Positions 34,624-47,365 of a stretch of 64,000 nt of DNA are shown in pieces. The position numbers and the translations under genes are program-made. Under the pieces are notes generated by a model. The model saw nothing but the letters and a program-made list of their open reading frames with translations. It ran no database searches and was not told the DNA's origin. The stretch spans positions 5,913,957-5,977,956 of the forward strand of contig MU053881.1 of NCBI GenBank assembly GCA_013239625.1, read 5' to 3'. Positions within the stretch are counted from its first letter, which is position 1. Each line of letters begins with the position of its first letter. The DNA comes from Lama guanicoe (lineage: Eukaryota).

Positions 34624-34899
34624 GGAAACTGGCATGGTTAGACCTTCTTTGCAAGCAGATGGGGGACATTCCTGTGAACTTTGTGGAAGTGGCTTTCCTG
34701 ACCCAGGGCAGGGCTGCTTATAGAGGCAGTTAACTATCATCGTTGTCACAAGAGATACTGCAGGGCTTTTTGCTAGGAGCCTGGGAAAACCCTTCAGTAC
34801 TCACAGCGTATTAACTAGTGGGAATTCGTTTCATTTCACTTTAGGAGCAGCACATCTTCCTGGGAAATAGCAAACCTCAGTGCCTAGCTTCTCTAGACA

Positions 34900-35370
34900 C
34901 CTCTAGTTTTATGCCCCGTCATCTCCCTTCATTCTTTTGAGAAATGTCCTTTTCTCCACACAGCCTTGTGGGTCTAAAAGAACAGCCTGCGTTTCCCAGG
35001 AATCTTCCTGCCTAGTTATAATGATTGACCCAAACGGAACCGATCATTGCTCCTTCTTGAGCTGGTTGGCCTGGAGACTAGAGAGGGCAAGTCTCCATCT
35101 TTCTATGGCTGGAAAGCTTGAACAGTGCTCCTGGGAGTTGCTGGTGGGCATGCTCCCAGCCATGCTCTCCGTGAGAGAGCAAAGACAGAAAGCAGGGGAG
35201 GGAGCCATGCCAGGCGGGGAAGCGCAAGTTCAGCTCCCTGGTTCTTGTGGTTCCTGAGGCCCAGACACACTCCTACCTTCCCTGAGTAATATTGCTCACC
35301 TAATAAATCCTACATTTTTTTTTTTACCTGAGCTAGTTTGAGCTGGATTTCAGATGGGATTTGTATCAAC
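34900..35370 (+). mobile_element. Old MaLR LTR (MLT1K-like)
   Basis: 'ggttcctgaggcccagac...taataaatcc...ctgagctagtttgagctggatttc'. Confidence 0.6.
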
Positions 35371-35399
35371 CTACACCCTAGGAATAGAAGTGAGTTGGA

Positions 35400-37745
35400 A
35401 ATAGGCCAGGCCTTACAAGGATGAAAAGTCAGCTTTGAATTGTCTCAATTTCTGATTACACCAAAGTGAACTTCTACTTAACAACTTGCCAGAAGCTAAA
35501 GAAAATCCTCTCTGAAGGAAAGTAGCATCATCTGCAGCCTCTGGAATTTTTTTTTTTACAAAATTTCTAGTATTTAATAAAAATTCATCAGGCATACCAC
35601 TGATAAGACCATGAGAAAAGGTGTGTACTAGAAACAGACCCACAGGTGATCGAGATATGGAAATTATCAGACATGGTCTTTAAAAACTGATATGAATATA
35701 TTCAAGAAAACAAACGACCAGGTGAAATATTCACCAGAGGACTAGAAGCTATGAAAGAGAGTCAAGTGAAAAATCTAGAAATTAAAAATACAACAGCTGA
35801 AACTGAGAACAGGTGATGGTTTTAATAGCAGATTAGACATAGTTGAAGAAAAATGCAGTGACCTGGAAGATGGGTTCACAGAAAAACATCCAGATGGAAG
35901 CATAAAGATGAAAAAGAGTGGAAATAAAGAACATAAAACACATATGAATGTGGTGAAAAGGCCTCCTCTACATGTAACTGGCTTCCTACAAGAGTAGCAG
36001 AGAGAACGAGACAGAGTAACCTTTATGGAGACAATGACTGTTTTTAAAAAGCTGATGAAAATGTCAAACCATAGATTCAAGAGTCACTATGATGCCAAGC
36101 AGGAAAAATAACAAGGAAAAACATACCTTGGTACCTCACCATAAAACTGATGAAAGCTAAAGATGAGAAGTTACAAAACCAGGCAGGGAGAAGATGACAC
36201 TTTCCCGTCAAAGAAGCAAACTAAGACTGACACTGAAATGATGTAAATCAGAAGACAATGGAAAAACATACTGAGGGTGATAGAGGGAAGTCGTTGTCAG
36301 CATAGTGTTATATTCGGTGAAAACATCCTCAAAAATGGAAGCCTAAAGACATTGCCAGATAAACAACAACAAACAATGTGCTGTCAGAAGATCTGCACTA
36401 AAAGAAATACTAAAAGGAGCTTTTTCAAGGAAAAGAAAGATCATCCCAGAAAGATGCGGAGAAATGCAGGAAGGATTGACGAGCAATGGAAGGGATAAAT
36501 ATGTAGGTAAATCCAGATGAAGTTTGACTGTATAAAATAATGATAATAATGATGTCTTGTGGAGTTTAAAATGTATGTAAAGTCAAAATATTTGACAGCA
36601 AAAACATAATGGTCAAAGAGGGTAAAATGAGTCTTGATTTAAATAAAATTAAATGATTTTAATTGTATTATCCACAGATGGTAGAAGTACCAGCTTACAT
36701 GAGGCTTTCATTAAGTAATTGCTAAGAAAACTCCTCAAAAAAATAGCACAAGCATGTAAACTAACAAGGTAACAGAGGGTAAAATTTAAATGATAATAAC
36801 AAAAGAGTAATCAAAAAGAAGGCAAGAAGGTCAAGATAGAAGACCATGGAACAGATGCGACAAGTGGAAAATAAAAAATATGTACATCTGTACCCGAATA
36901 TATGGGTAATTACATTAAAGGTGAATGAACTACATATTCCAATTAAAAGATTATGGAGTTGTGAAGGGAACTGGATGAAGATGGTCAAAAGGTACAGACT
37001 TCCGGTTACAAGATAAGTAAGTACTAGGGACGTAATGCACAGCATGATTAAAATGTGAAAGTTATGTGAAAGTTGTTAAAAGAGTAAATCCTAAGACTTC
37101 TCATCACTAAGAAAAAACTTTTTTCACTTTTCCTTTGTATTTCTATGAGATGATGAATGTTCACTAAATTCATGGTGGTCATCATTTCATGATGTAGCTA
37201 AGTCAAATCATGATGCTGTACACCTTAAACTTATGCAGTGCTGTATGTCAATTATATCTCAATAAAACTGCGAGAAAAAGAAAAGACAATGATTTTCAAG
37301 CCAGGATTTAAAAACAACAACTATATGCTGCTTATAAGGGACACACCTTAAACATAAGGACCCAGAAAGTTTGACTGAGTAAAATGATGGAAAAACACAG
37401 GTCATCCAAACATAGCTACGCTATGTGATCAGCAAAGGCAATTTTAAGAGAGGCACCTTTTCCAGAGATTCTTTACCATGATGATAAAATGCATCATTCC
37501 ACTGGAGACGCAGTACTTTTAAATGTGCATGTATCTCATAACAAAATTGTAAAAACTGTTAAAACCAAAAAAGTGAAAAGGAGAGATCCAAAATCACAGT
37601 GGGAGATCTCAACACAGATTTCTCAGTAACTGGTAGGAAGAGCAAAGATCAGTGAAGACTGAGAAGATCTGAATGTCATGATGGACAAACCTGTCCCATT
37701 TGCTATTTATAGAGCCCTGCACCAAACCATTGCCGGAGACACCTT
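35400..37745 (+). mobile_element. Old L1M fragment (ORF1 region and ORF2 endonuclease start), degraded
   Basis: A-rich sense strand; 'tttaatagcagattagacatagttgaagaaaa' (ORF1 coiled coil); 'actatatgctgcttataagggacacacctt' and 'acagtgggagatctcaacac' are remnants of the TICCLQETH and IVGDFN motifs. Confidence 0.82.
36956..37280 (+). mobile_element. Younger 5'-truncated L1 3' UTR (L1MA9-like) nested in the older L1
   Basis: 'ggtacagacttccggttacaagataagtaagtactaggga...gtcaattatatctcAATAAAactg'; flanks aaaagattatg (36945-36955) and aaaagacaatg (37281-37291). Confidence 0.82.
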
Positions 37746-38504
37746 CCTATCTCAGACGCTCTTCGCTCTGACTTCCATGGTTGGTTTTATTCTTTTTTGC
37801 TGTTTGTATTTCCACTAGTTGCCTCCAATCTTTTTGAAAGGAGAAAGTATCAGTAAAGAAATGAAAAACAAAGAGATGAATGGAAGGGGGAGGTGTGAGT
37901 TTGGAAGGCAGAAAACCGAGGTTCCCCTTCCAGCCCGGTGACTCCTCACCACGTAAACCTGGATGTACAGTTGGTATCAGAAATTAGAGACAATAGCGGT
38001 GGCTCCGGGGTCCTGGTGAGACGTATACAAAACAGTGGCGTAAACACCTGCCCAGAGTGAGCATGGCGTCCACGGTAACTGTCACTGTTGTTATTTTTAT
38101 TATCACTATGTTGGAAGAGAGCGGGTCTTTTAAATGATGAGACTGAACTTGAAGCAATCTGCTGAGCTAGTGTTTTTTGGCTGCACGTGTCTGAAGAACA
38201 GGAAAGAAAAATGGATCAAGCTGGCATTTTCTCACAGCCAGTGAAAAGCTGTAAAAACAGGGCTGCACGTGCCCGTGGTTGGGGCAGGGAGGCAGCCAGG
38301 ACAGTACTCCCAGGGCAGGGGCCGGGGGGGTGGTGCGGAAGGGAGCTCACCGCAGAGCTGCTGGGGACAAGTCTCCTCAGCTAACAAGGTCCTTGCAGGA
38401 TGTCCTTAACTAAGTCCCTTTGGACTAGGGCCAGAGAGGCCTGCCTTCATCTGAATCACCCCAGGGAAGCTTCAAAGTCCGTCCCCAGAGACTAGGGGTA
38501 AGAG

Positions 38505-38720
38505 TGGAGTTCTAATCAGCATCGTAACAGGAAAACCTGTCATGTCCTGAGAACGTATGCGATATCAGGGCCAGTGCCAGGCATTTCACCTCCATTACTT
38601 CTGAATCCTCAATCTGCCAGCTAAAAACTGAGGCTCAGAGAGGACAGGTGAATTGCCCAAGGTCACACAGTTGAACCATAGCAGAACTGAGATTCAACTA
38701 TGTATGTGTCTGACTCTAAG
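38505..38720 (-). mobile_element. MIR SINE
   Basis: 'aaaactgaggctcagag...ttgcccaaggtcacacag...tgtctgactctaa'. Confidence 0.78.
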
Positions 38721-39134
38721 ACAATTCCACTGCTCTTTTCAGGTAATGCATTATGTGTCACACTGTCCTTCTTACACAAGACAGGAATCTGCTATATCCT
38801 TATATAAAAAGCAGAGCACATCCAACATTTTGTTTGGAAAACTTCTATTCATCCTTCAAAACCCTAAGTCAATGGGAAACTTCTGTGAAGTGTCTCTTGG
38901 TGCTCCAACTTCATCATCTCTTTGTGATATCAGTCACCTCTGCCCCAGCACCTACGTCTATTGTTAGTTACCCTTTTCGTGCTGTTCTAGAATAATCAAT
39001 TTATGCATTTGTCTCTCTCATCAGGCTGAAGGTTTCTTACTTGTTTTATTGCATCTGGATCTACAGATCCAACCCTACCAAGAATGGTGTAGTGATGGCA
39101 TAAATAAGCACATGCACAAGGGAATGAAAATAAA

Positions 39135-39320
39135 GAAATTCATTTCATTCAGAAAAGATTTATTTAGTCCCTACTATGTGCCATACACTTCTAGCTAGAT
39201 GTGAGGAAAAAGAGCAATGAACAAAATCAAGTCCCTGTTCTCATGAAGCACATAACCTAGGGAGAAACAGGCAATAATCAAGTATACATGTAAATAAACA
39301 AAGAAATTGCTGTTTGTGAA
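39135..39320 (-). mobile_element. L2 3' end
   Basis: 'ttcatttcattcag...tttatttagtccctactatgtgcca...gtccctgttctcatgaagc'. Confidence 0.75.
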
Positions 39321-39571
39321 AAGTGTCACCTCTGGGTCCCAGGAACCTTCAGATGACTAAAGATTCTGATCTTCAGGCAGAGGGCTGAATTAGCAAGAAA
39401 CCTGTTCCCATATTACTTAGGCATTACATTTAAAGAGTAGTGGAAATCCTTCAATGTCCCTGATTCTTTTGTGCCTTAAAATTTTCATTGCACTACAACC
39501 AGAATAAACAAAGCACAGTCTTGCTAGAGAAGCAGGTAGTCCAGAGAGAGCAGATCCCAAAACACCCAGGA

Positions 39572-39756
39572 CAGGGATGGCAATTATGTGGCACTGATAC
39601 CTCCACTCCCTACTACTGGTCCTAAGGCAGACATTGCTAATCGATCGTGGACTCGCTCCAGCTGAGCCCGAGGCCCCGTCGCAGCCCAGCACGCCAGTCA
39701 GCCACAACTGATCAACCTGAACAGGCAAGCAAGTTGAAACCTCTGTGCACCCCTCG
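39572..39756 (-). mobile_element. MER117-like hAT-Charlie element
   Basis: Begins CAGGGATGGCAA; 'ggcagacattgctaatcgatc', 'gctgagcccg'. Confidence 0.72.
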
Positions 39757-40729
39757 TCTGGGGCTTTATATCTCCGTTTTGGCTGAGGGAGCATAGTGCT
39801 GTGGCAACAGCTTCGGGGGAAACCAAATCCCTGAACCAATCTTGGCAGTGACACTTTAAAAAGAGAAGACTGAGAAGAAGAATTGCTTTTCAAATATTTG
39901 GTCTCCAAACATATTTATTTGCAATTCCAAGTCTACTGACCATATGCATTACATCTGTTCTGGATTGGGATTCAAACAAGGTTTGTGATTTATTAGCTTT
40001 AAAAAATGTATCTCTAGGTACCTCCACACAAAGGTGCCAGTGAAAGAAATCTCGATCTCACCAAGACACATTTCCTTCTCTTAGAAGGAGTCAGGGTATG
40101 CAGGGTCCCTCGCCATGGACAAATCCCACAGCCTGATCTGAAAAAAGAAGAATGGGGTGGGGGGTGGGGAAGCTCTGTTTGGAGCTTGCAATCCCTTCAT
40201 GTGAATTACGCACCCCGGCTGATTTAACACGGCCCAGTGAGATTTCACAGCTCAGCAGAGGTTGTTCTGTTCTCCTGAGGCCGCTCAGGCTCAGATGAAT
40301 TTGCCAGGCCCTCCTGGGTGGCCCCTTCTCTGCAGTTTGATATGAGGACACGGCCTTTCCCCTTCAGCCCTTGAACTTTCTCTAGGGGGTGCTCTGGCCT
40401 TGGCCCATGGCTGCACACAGCCTCTCTCATGCCGTGTCCTCACCAAGAAGGGGAAGAGGAAGGGACTGGCCAATATTGTATCCAGGCCAGTGGTTACCCA
40501 CCTGGCTCAGACAAACGTCTGGATCTCTTGCGTTCTTAGTTGTCTCATCTGTGAAATGGGAACGAAAGTAATATTGTCTCTCTGTTTGCCACAATGATTC
40601 CATAAACAGATTCTGGTCAGCAGTGCGGCTCCTAGGGACTATAAGTCATGGGTGTCCACCCGCGGGCCTGCAAACCGTGTGGGCTGATCTATTTAATTTT
40701 CACAAGAAGCGGATAGGCTGGGCTCTCTG

Positions 40730-40870
40730 GGCGTTGGGGTGCATCAGAATCACCCCCAGGACCTTGTCAGAGTGCACATTCCCCGGCCCCATGTACAGAG
40801 TCTGGGTTCTGACAACCTGAGATGGGGCCTGGGAATTCACTTTTTTAACCCCAGCTGGTCTGGACTCGAG
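40730..40870. mobile_element. MER5A/B-like hAT-Charlie element
   Basis: 'tgcatcagaatcacc...gatggggcctgggaattcacttttttaac'. Confidence 0.7.
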
Positions 40871-41235
40871 GTGTATTGACTTCCCCCAGGAAACAGTCTA
40901 TATAAAGAGAGATTCTCGCCCCAGTTTTTCAGATGAAGAAACTGAGAGGTCTAATGACCTACTGGGCCATAGAATGGGTACGTAGCAGAGCTTGGATTCA
41001 AACCAGGCCTGTCCGGTTCCAAAGCCGTGGGATAAGGTCACATTTGGGGATGTTTCCGTCAGAGGAAAGGGCCTGCTTGCTGCCAGGCCCCTGCTGCCCC
41101 CCTGCAGCCTGCCGCCCCTTCCCCATCCCATCTCTTCCCATGGCAGCTTCTGCCCAGAGAGAACATGGCAACCAGAGAAGATGCTGACCACTGCCACCCA
41201 CACTGGCTGCGTGCCCTTGGGCAGCTGCTTAAACC

Positions 41236-41640
41236 CGTCCATTCCCCAGCCCCCTTCTCCGTCCTGCTGGGTGCCCTGGGAGCCTGCCCTATGGGCTGCC
41301 TCAGTGGGCTTCCTTGGCCCCTGGCCTCCTGCGGGGTCCAGTCAACAGGGGGCGATAGGAGGAGGCTGGAGAGCAGGAGGCAAAACAGGTCAGAGTCTCC
41401 CCCTCTCCCCAACTTCCTTCTATGGAGGTGGCCATAGCTTCAGTTGGGTGGTCCTGTCCTCCAGCGACGGGGCTTTTGGATTCTGGACACCATCCCTCCT
41501 CCTGTGCCTCCATCATGGGGTCTCAACAGCTGGCCTGGAGGACGTCAGCACCCCTCGTTGGTTCCCCTTAACCTGCCGCTCTTATGAATATAAGCTCTTT
41601 CAGTAAACCCTCCTCTGTTCCCTGGGCCCTGACTGACACA
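41236..41640 (+). mobile_element. LTR41-like ERVL LTR inserted in a MIR
   Basis: 'tgccctgggagcctgccctatgggctgcctcagtgggcttccttggcccctggcctcc', end 'ccctgactgacaca'. Confidence 0.65.
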
Positions 41641-41686
41641 CGCAGCTTCCTCACCTATAATATGAGGAGAATCCCAAGAACTTCAT

Positions 41687-41909
41687 CAGAAGTTGGCAGA
41701 GGATGGCCCCTGGGCCAAGTCTGGCCCCCTGTCTGTGTTTGTAAATAAAGTTTTATTAGAACACAGTCATTCCCATTTATTTACATATTATCTACGGCTG
41801 CTTTTGTGTTACAAAGGCAGGGTGGAGTAGAGGTGGCAGAGACGGTATGGCCCTGAAGCCCCCAATTTTGGCTGTTTCTGACCCTTTACAGAAAGTTTCC
41901 CAAACCCTA
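41687..41909 (+). mobile_element. MER58A-like hAT-Charlie element with TSD
   Basis: 'tttgtaaataaagttttattagaacacagtcattcccatttatttacatatt'; 8-bp flanks aacttcat/aactccac. Confidence 0.88.
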
Positions 41910-42339
41910 AACTCCACCGTAGGGCATGAGGTCAGTGACAAGCCCCCAGCACAGTGCCTGGCACGTGGTAAACTGTCAGAGAGGCTGGCTCTTTGTGCTG
42001 GGGTTCAGTGGCAGCAATGCACGCTTAGTTCCGAAGCCAGAGAACTTGGGAGCTAGAAGGGAGCAGGGGTGACTACCATCTGCTTTATAGGCTGATGAGT
42101 CACAAAATCCTTTTAAAAAGCCAGCTTTCCTAGTGGCTGGCTGCTTCCCTGGGCAGGAGTCAGCTCTTACTGTTCTCAGCACCCAGCGTGGGGCTCCCAG
42201 TGGAGTATCTATACATGTTTGCTGTTGGATGAATGAATTCAATTAACCACCCATCAGTTGGGGTGGAACTTTGCAGAGACCCAGTGTTTATGCAAATCAG
42301 AGTCTCTTGGGGACTCCCCAACTGTCACCAAGTCTTAGT

Positions 42340-42900
42340 GGCTTTTCCGGCGACATTGATTCCTTCAATCTACTGCCTCCTCTCTGTCCCCACAGCTGCC
42401 AGTGCCACCAGTTTTCTCTGTGGTCTTCCTGCCTTCAGGCTCACCCCCTTCAGGCTACCTCCACACAGCCTCCAAGATCATCTTTCTAACACGTAAATCT
42501 TATCACGCTGCTCCTGTTCTAAAAATCTGCCGGTGGCTCTCCGCCCAGGATTACCTCCAATTTAAGTCCCACATCCTCAGCACGGCATTGCAAGCCCTTC
42601 TCCGTCGGACCCTGTGCACCCATCCCTCCTCATCGATCCTCACGTTACGCTCCAGCGCCTCCAGAGCTTTCCAGACCTGCACGCAGACCTCAGTCCTTCT
42701 CATCTCCTCCCTGGGGCACCCTTCTGCAGCTCTGCCCCACCCTTCTTGTCACTTGGGGCTTATCCTGGGCTTCTCCACCTCCAGGAGCCAAATCGCTCTC
42801 CTCCCAGCTGAGTGCGGTGTTTCTCCCGGGCTCTCTCAGCACCTTGTGGGAATGCGTCCATTTACCTCTTGTGCCCGCTTGCTAGGCTATAAACTCTGAG
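42340..42900 (+). mobile_element. L2 fragment
   Basis: 'tggtcttcctgccttcaggctcacccccttc...ctccacacagcc...tcatctttctaacacgtaaatcttatcacg'. Confidence 0.72.
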
Positions 42901-45706
42901 TGAGGAGGTCATATGTGGTGGCCACATCCCTGGCTGTGGGACACAACAGATAACCCACCAGAGGCAACTTCCTCCCTCAGCCCAGGTCTCTTCTTCCTCT
43001 TCGGCCCGATGTATCCTTCGGAGAATGTGTGCCCAAGCTGCCAGTCCTTGAGAAGCTACAGGAGGCATCCATTTGGTGGTGGGGCCAGGCGGGGTGGGAG
43101 GGTACACATTTTTTGCCTATTTTATGCCTATATACTTGGAAAGCCCCCAAACAATGGCTGGATTGAAAGCCATGTTATTTAAACACTAAATCGAAACGTT
43201 CTTCCAAAGAGAAGCAGCCACTCGTTGGAATCACAGACAATCGGAGTGTCCTCTCTGTGGGTCTGGCCCTTGGTGTTGAGGGGGATGACGGGGGCTGCCC
43301 TGGTAATCTAGCGTTGTGCTGAGAAGGAGCTGACAGCTCACCTCTCCGTGATTTTTGCTCTCCTTTCTCCGTGAAAGGCGGTGTCAACCACCGCAGAAAT
43401 GCCAACAGACACAACTTGGGTGTCTAGAAGATAATCTGGCTGCTCAGTGAGGGTCCGGTGACTTCAGAGGCTGTAAACGAGGGAAGGGGGATGTGGTGGA
43501 CAGATGCGGGTGGGGCTGAGGCAGTGAGCAGCGCCTGCTGCTCACCTCCAGCTTTTGGTACTAGGGTCTTTTTTTTAATGTAGGCAATTAATTCAAAAAC
43601 TGTGAAGCCTGAAGGAGGTCAGGCTAATGTTCTCTTCAAGTTGAAGTCAGCCAGCTCTACCCAGGTCGACAACCTCTGGTCATCTCTGTACCGGAATCTA
43701 CAATTTGTTCCTCCTTTAATCTTCTAACCATCCGTGAGAGCTGCTTTTTTATTTGGTTAGGCCCATTTCACAGATGACGAAACAGAGGCTTGAAACCACC
43801 TGCCCAGAGCTGCTGGTAAGGGGTGGATCACGATTCACACCCTGCTCTGTCTGATTCCACGGCCCTGGTCATACCAGCCTCCCGGGCCCCTCCTGGTGGC
43901 CGAGGCTGTGGCAGGGCCTTTCCTGGGGTCTCGGGCACAGAGAGTGGACAGTGGTCGGCAAAGCGAAGTGAAGCTCCCCGCCAGCAGCCAGGTCGGAGGA
44001 CCCCTTTGTGTGAGCTCACCATCTGGTTGTCAAACACGGGCTGGCTCCGAGCCACCATCTGGCTCCACTTGAGAAATAGGCACTTTAAACATTACAGCCG
44101 GTGGGGCAGGCAGGCCCTGAGAGAAGCTTCGAGGTCTGAAAACGGAGGACGTCAACCTGTCTAAGCCAAGGCAGGGTCAAGATGAAAGGGGATGGGTGAG
44201 GCCCACTCCGTCGCCCCTCCCTTCGTCTGTCTGTCCTGGTGCTCTGAGCATCTGTCAGTCTGTCCTAACACCTCCTTCTCTTCCTCTCTGTCCCCTTTCC
44301 CTGCTCCTCCGTCTCTGCCCTGACCCCCTCATCACGGATTTTTCACCCTTCTCTCTTGGCCTTGTCTCCTCTTCTTTTCTCTTTGCCTCTTCTCTCTCCG
44401 TCTCCCAGAAGAATCTGCATAAACCTTTTACTCTTGACTTGTTTCCAGTGTCCGCACACAAAGAACAAGTGATGTCACCAACAAGCCCCAAGCACTTTGT
44501 TGCAATGGAACTTTTTTTCTTAGGAGAAGGATATGCAGATTTCTAAAACAGACTCTCTCTCTGACATACTCATGACTTGGCATCCTATGGCAAGTTAAGT
44601 ATTTTTCCAAACACAGCTAAGCCGGCATTAGAAGGCTAATGAATCCAGCGAAAAGAAGCTTTCATCTGCAAGTCACTAAGATGTTCTCTTGTTTACTCTC
44701 CACCATGACTTTATTTCTCCACAACCCTCTCCTCCTACACAGGCACTCACACACACACACACACCCTCACACGCATTTGCACACACACTTAAACCCACTT
44801 CCTTACTGCCATTTCTCTGAAGAAAAGAGATTCTGCCCCTTGAAGGTCTAGCAAGGTTATCCTTCCAGGTCCTCAGGAAGAGGGAACCTGGCCCTTGCTG
44901 AGTGCTTCTGCATGTCACGTGACTTTCTCCCTTGGCTCTGGGTCTCACAGCAGCCCTGCCAGGAGGGTAGTCATCCAACCACGCAGGTAAAGAGGCTGCA
45001 GGTTAGAGGCAAAGTGATTTGGCCAAAGTCACAAAGTCAGTCTAGCCTTGAAACCTCCAGTATGGAAGCACTCCACATGGCAGTCTGGGGAAACCCGCAG
45101 GTAATTTCCGAGCCCCAGAAATAAGCTTTTAAAGATTTCTTTTGACAGGGGCATGCAGCGCTGCACCTTTCCTCTTACAAATAGTAGCAAGAAGAAGGAT
45201 TTTACTTGAGCCTTATTTACCGCATGCCCACTGTTTCCCTCATCCTTACACAGCCCTTTGACATTGGGAGGATGGGGGAGTTACTATGTCCATTTTGCAG
45301 ACAGGTAAACTGAGCCTTAGAAAGGTAAAGGGAATTTTCCAAGGTCCTCAGTTGGTTGGCAGGAGGGCCGGGGTTAGACCCTGCATCTCCCGTGTCTTAC
45401 TGCGGGTGTGTGTTTCAAGATTCCAGTGGGAGATGGTGGGCAGTGGCAGTTTTCTGGAGTGATTTTGCAGGTAATTTTAAAAAGCTCTAACCTTGTTTTA
45501 TCAGTTGCCCACATCATTCATTGATCTTTGGCCTCAGTTTCCACATCCATCAAATGGAGATGATGATTGTTACAGGATTTAATACCAAGGATGTAGGGTC
45601 ACCGGATCTGAAGTTTTGAGGGGGAGGGCGATGAGATAATAGATACAAAAAGTACTTTGTACCATGTACAATTTAAGATTATTTTTCAAAAAAAAAAAGG
45701 GGTGAT

Positions 45707-45751
45707 GGAGGTATAGCCCAGTGGTAGAACACGTGCTTAGCATGCATGAGG
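45707..45751 (+). mobile_element. 3'-truncated vic-1-like SINE head
   Basis: ggaggTATAGCCCAGTGGtagaacacgtgcttagcatgcatgagg matches the first ~45 nt of the 8035-8126 copy; B box absent. Confidence 0.75.
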
Positions 45752-47139
45752 CGGTGGGGGAGACGGCTGTGCATTCAATGCTATTACCTCTCCCTCCGAG
45801 TACGTGCCAGACATTACAAATCAGTCACTGCACTTCAAGCAGGCATCTCCAATTGATTGATACCAAGATGAGAGGCACAGCCTATTTGCCCTCCTGGCGA
45901 CAGAAGGAAAAACAAACATCTCAGTCCCAGGTACCATGTGAAGTGCCTTCTTGACCCCACAGGTAAAACCTCAGTGCCGACTTCGAGCCTAATCCTTGCC
46001 CCACGTTACCTCATCTAATCCTCAAGACAACCCTGCAAGCAAGTCAGACATAATCATTTCCATTTCACGTGCTAGCCTGTAAGACGGCCGGGCTGCTCAC
46101 CCCAGTTCACCCAGTTTGTGATTAACAGCACTTCTCTTTGCACCTGGATCTGTCTCCCAAGGGGATGCTCTTGCCAGTGTTCCACACTACCTCCCCAAAA
46201 CAGGAAGCTAGCAGGAAGGGCAGGGCTCCGAGACTTCGCAGGGGCCACCCAGAGGGCTCTGGGCAAACTCAAACACAGCCACCCACTTTCCAGTGGAGAG
46301 TTCTCATTCTTGCTAGAAACAGGGGGCCTGCCAGGACCAGAGTCCGTATCCCGGGAGAGGTGGCACACACTATTTTGACATTGAACACATGCCCACGGGC
46401 CCAGTGATGGACAAACCTTCTACGCATCTCAGAAATAAAACTCACAGAGTCATTTCCATCTTGGCACGAGCTGTGGGCACAGCCCCAGGAGGCCCTGGCT
46501 CTGCTGATTCTCTCATCAGCCTAATAGGAGAACAATTATCAGAGTCAGGGTATGAATTTAGCTCCAGACACTTTTTTGGAAACTCAGAGGGTTTGTGACT
46601 TATGGTCTCATTTTAAAGAGGAGCAGATTGTTGACACGAACTCCGGGTAGTTCCCGGTTTTCTCGAGGAACCAAGTTGTGCGCGCTGTTCATGGGAGAAG
46701 CATTTGGACATGGCTGAAGTCCATAAGTGGCTAGAAAGATCCAGCGGCGTGGTCACAGGATGACCCGTCTGTAATTAACCTAAGCCTTGTTTATTTAACT
46801 GTCTCAATTAGAGGCTCATTTAAGTAGCATTAAAAATAAAAGATGAGTGTCAGGAACAGAAGAAGAAACAGAAGGTGCTTTTTCGTCCAGGCTAAACAGG
46901 ATGCTCTGGGAATGCCCGACTAGCCCCTGCTAGTCGTTAGGACTTGGGGAAGTGTTAAATGGAGACAGAAAAATGCCACCGTGAGCAAGACTGACCACGT
47001 GCAGCCATGTTTTGCAGTGAGCTCAGCTGATCAGGGTTCGCACCCCAGCTTTGCCAGGTGCGACCTCACGCAGGTTAGGTGACCTTCCGTGTCTCCCTTA
47101 CAAGAACCAGAGAAAAGTTCCGCCATTATTGATGCCCGT

Positions 47140-47365
47140 AACAGCCAATGCATCTTGTGCACTTACAACCTACCAGGCATTATTCTAAGCACTTTACTCA
47201 CTGAGTTCTCATAATTGTACTACAAAGTAAGTACAGATATCAGCTTCCATTTGATAGATGAGGAAACTGAGGCACAGAGAGGCTAGGTTATGAAGTAATG
47301 CTCACAGTAACAGAGCGTATGTGGAATATGGAAGCTGGGATTTGAAACCAGGGACCTGGCCCCAG
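47140..47365 (-). mobile_element. MIR SINE
   Basis: 'ccaggcattattctaagcacttta...gatgaggaaactgaggcacagaga...gggatttgaaaccagg'. Confidence 0.82.
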
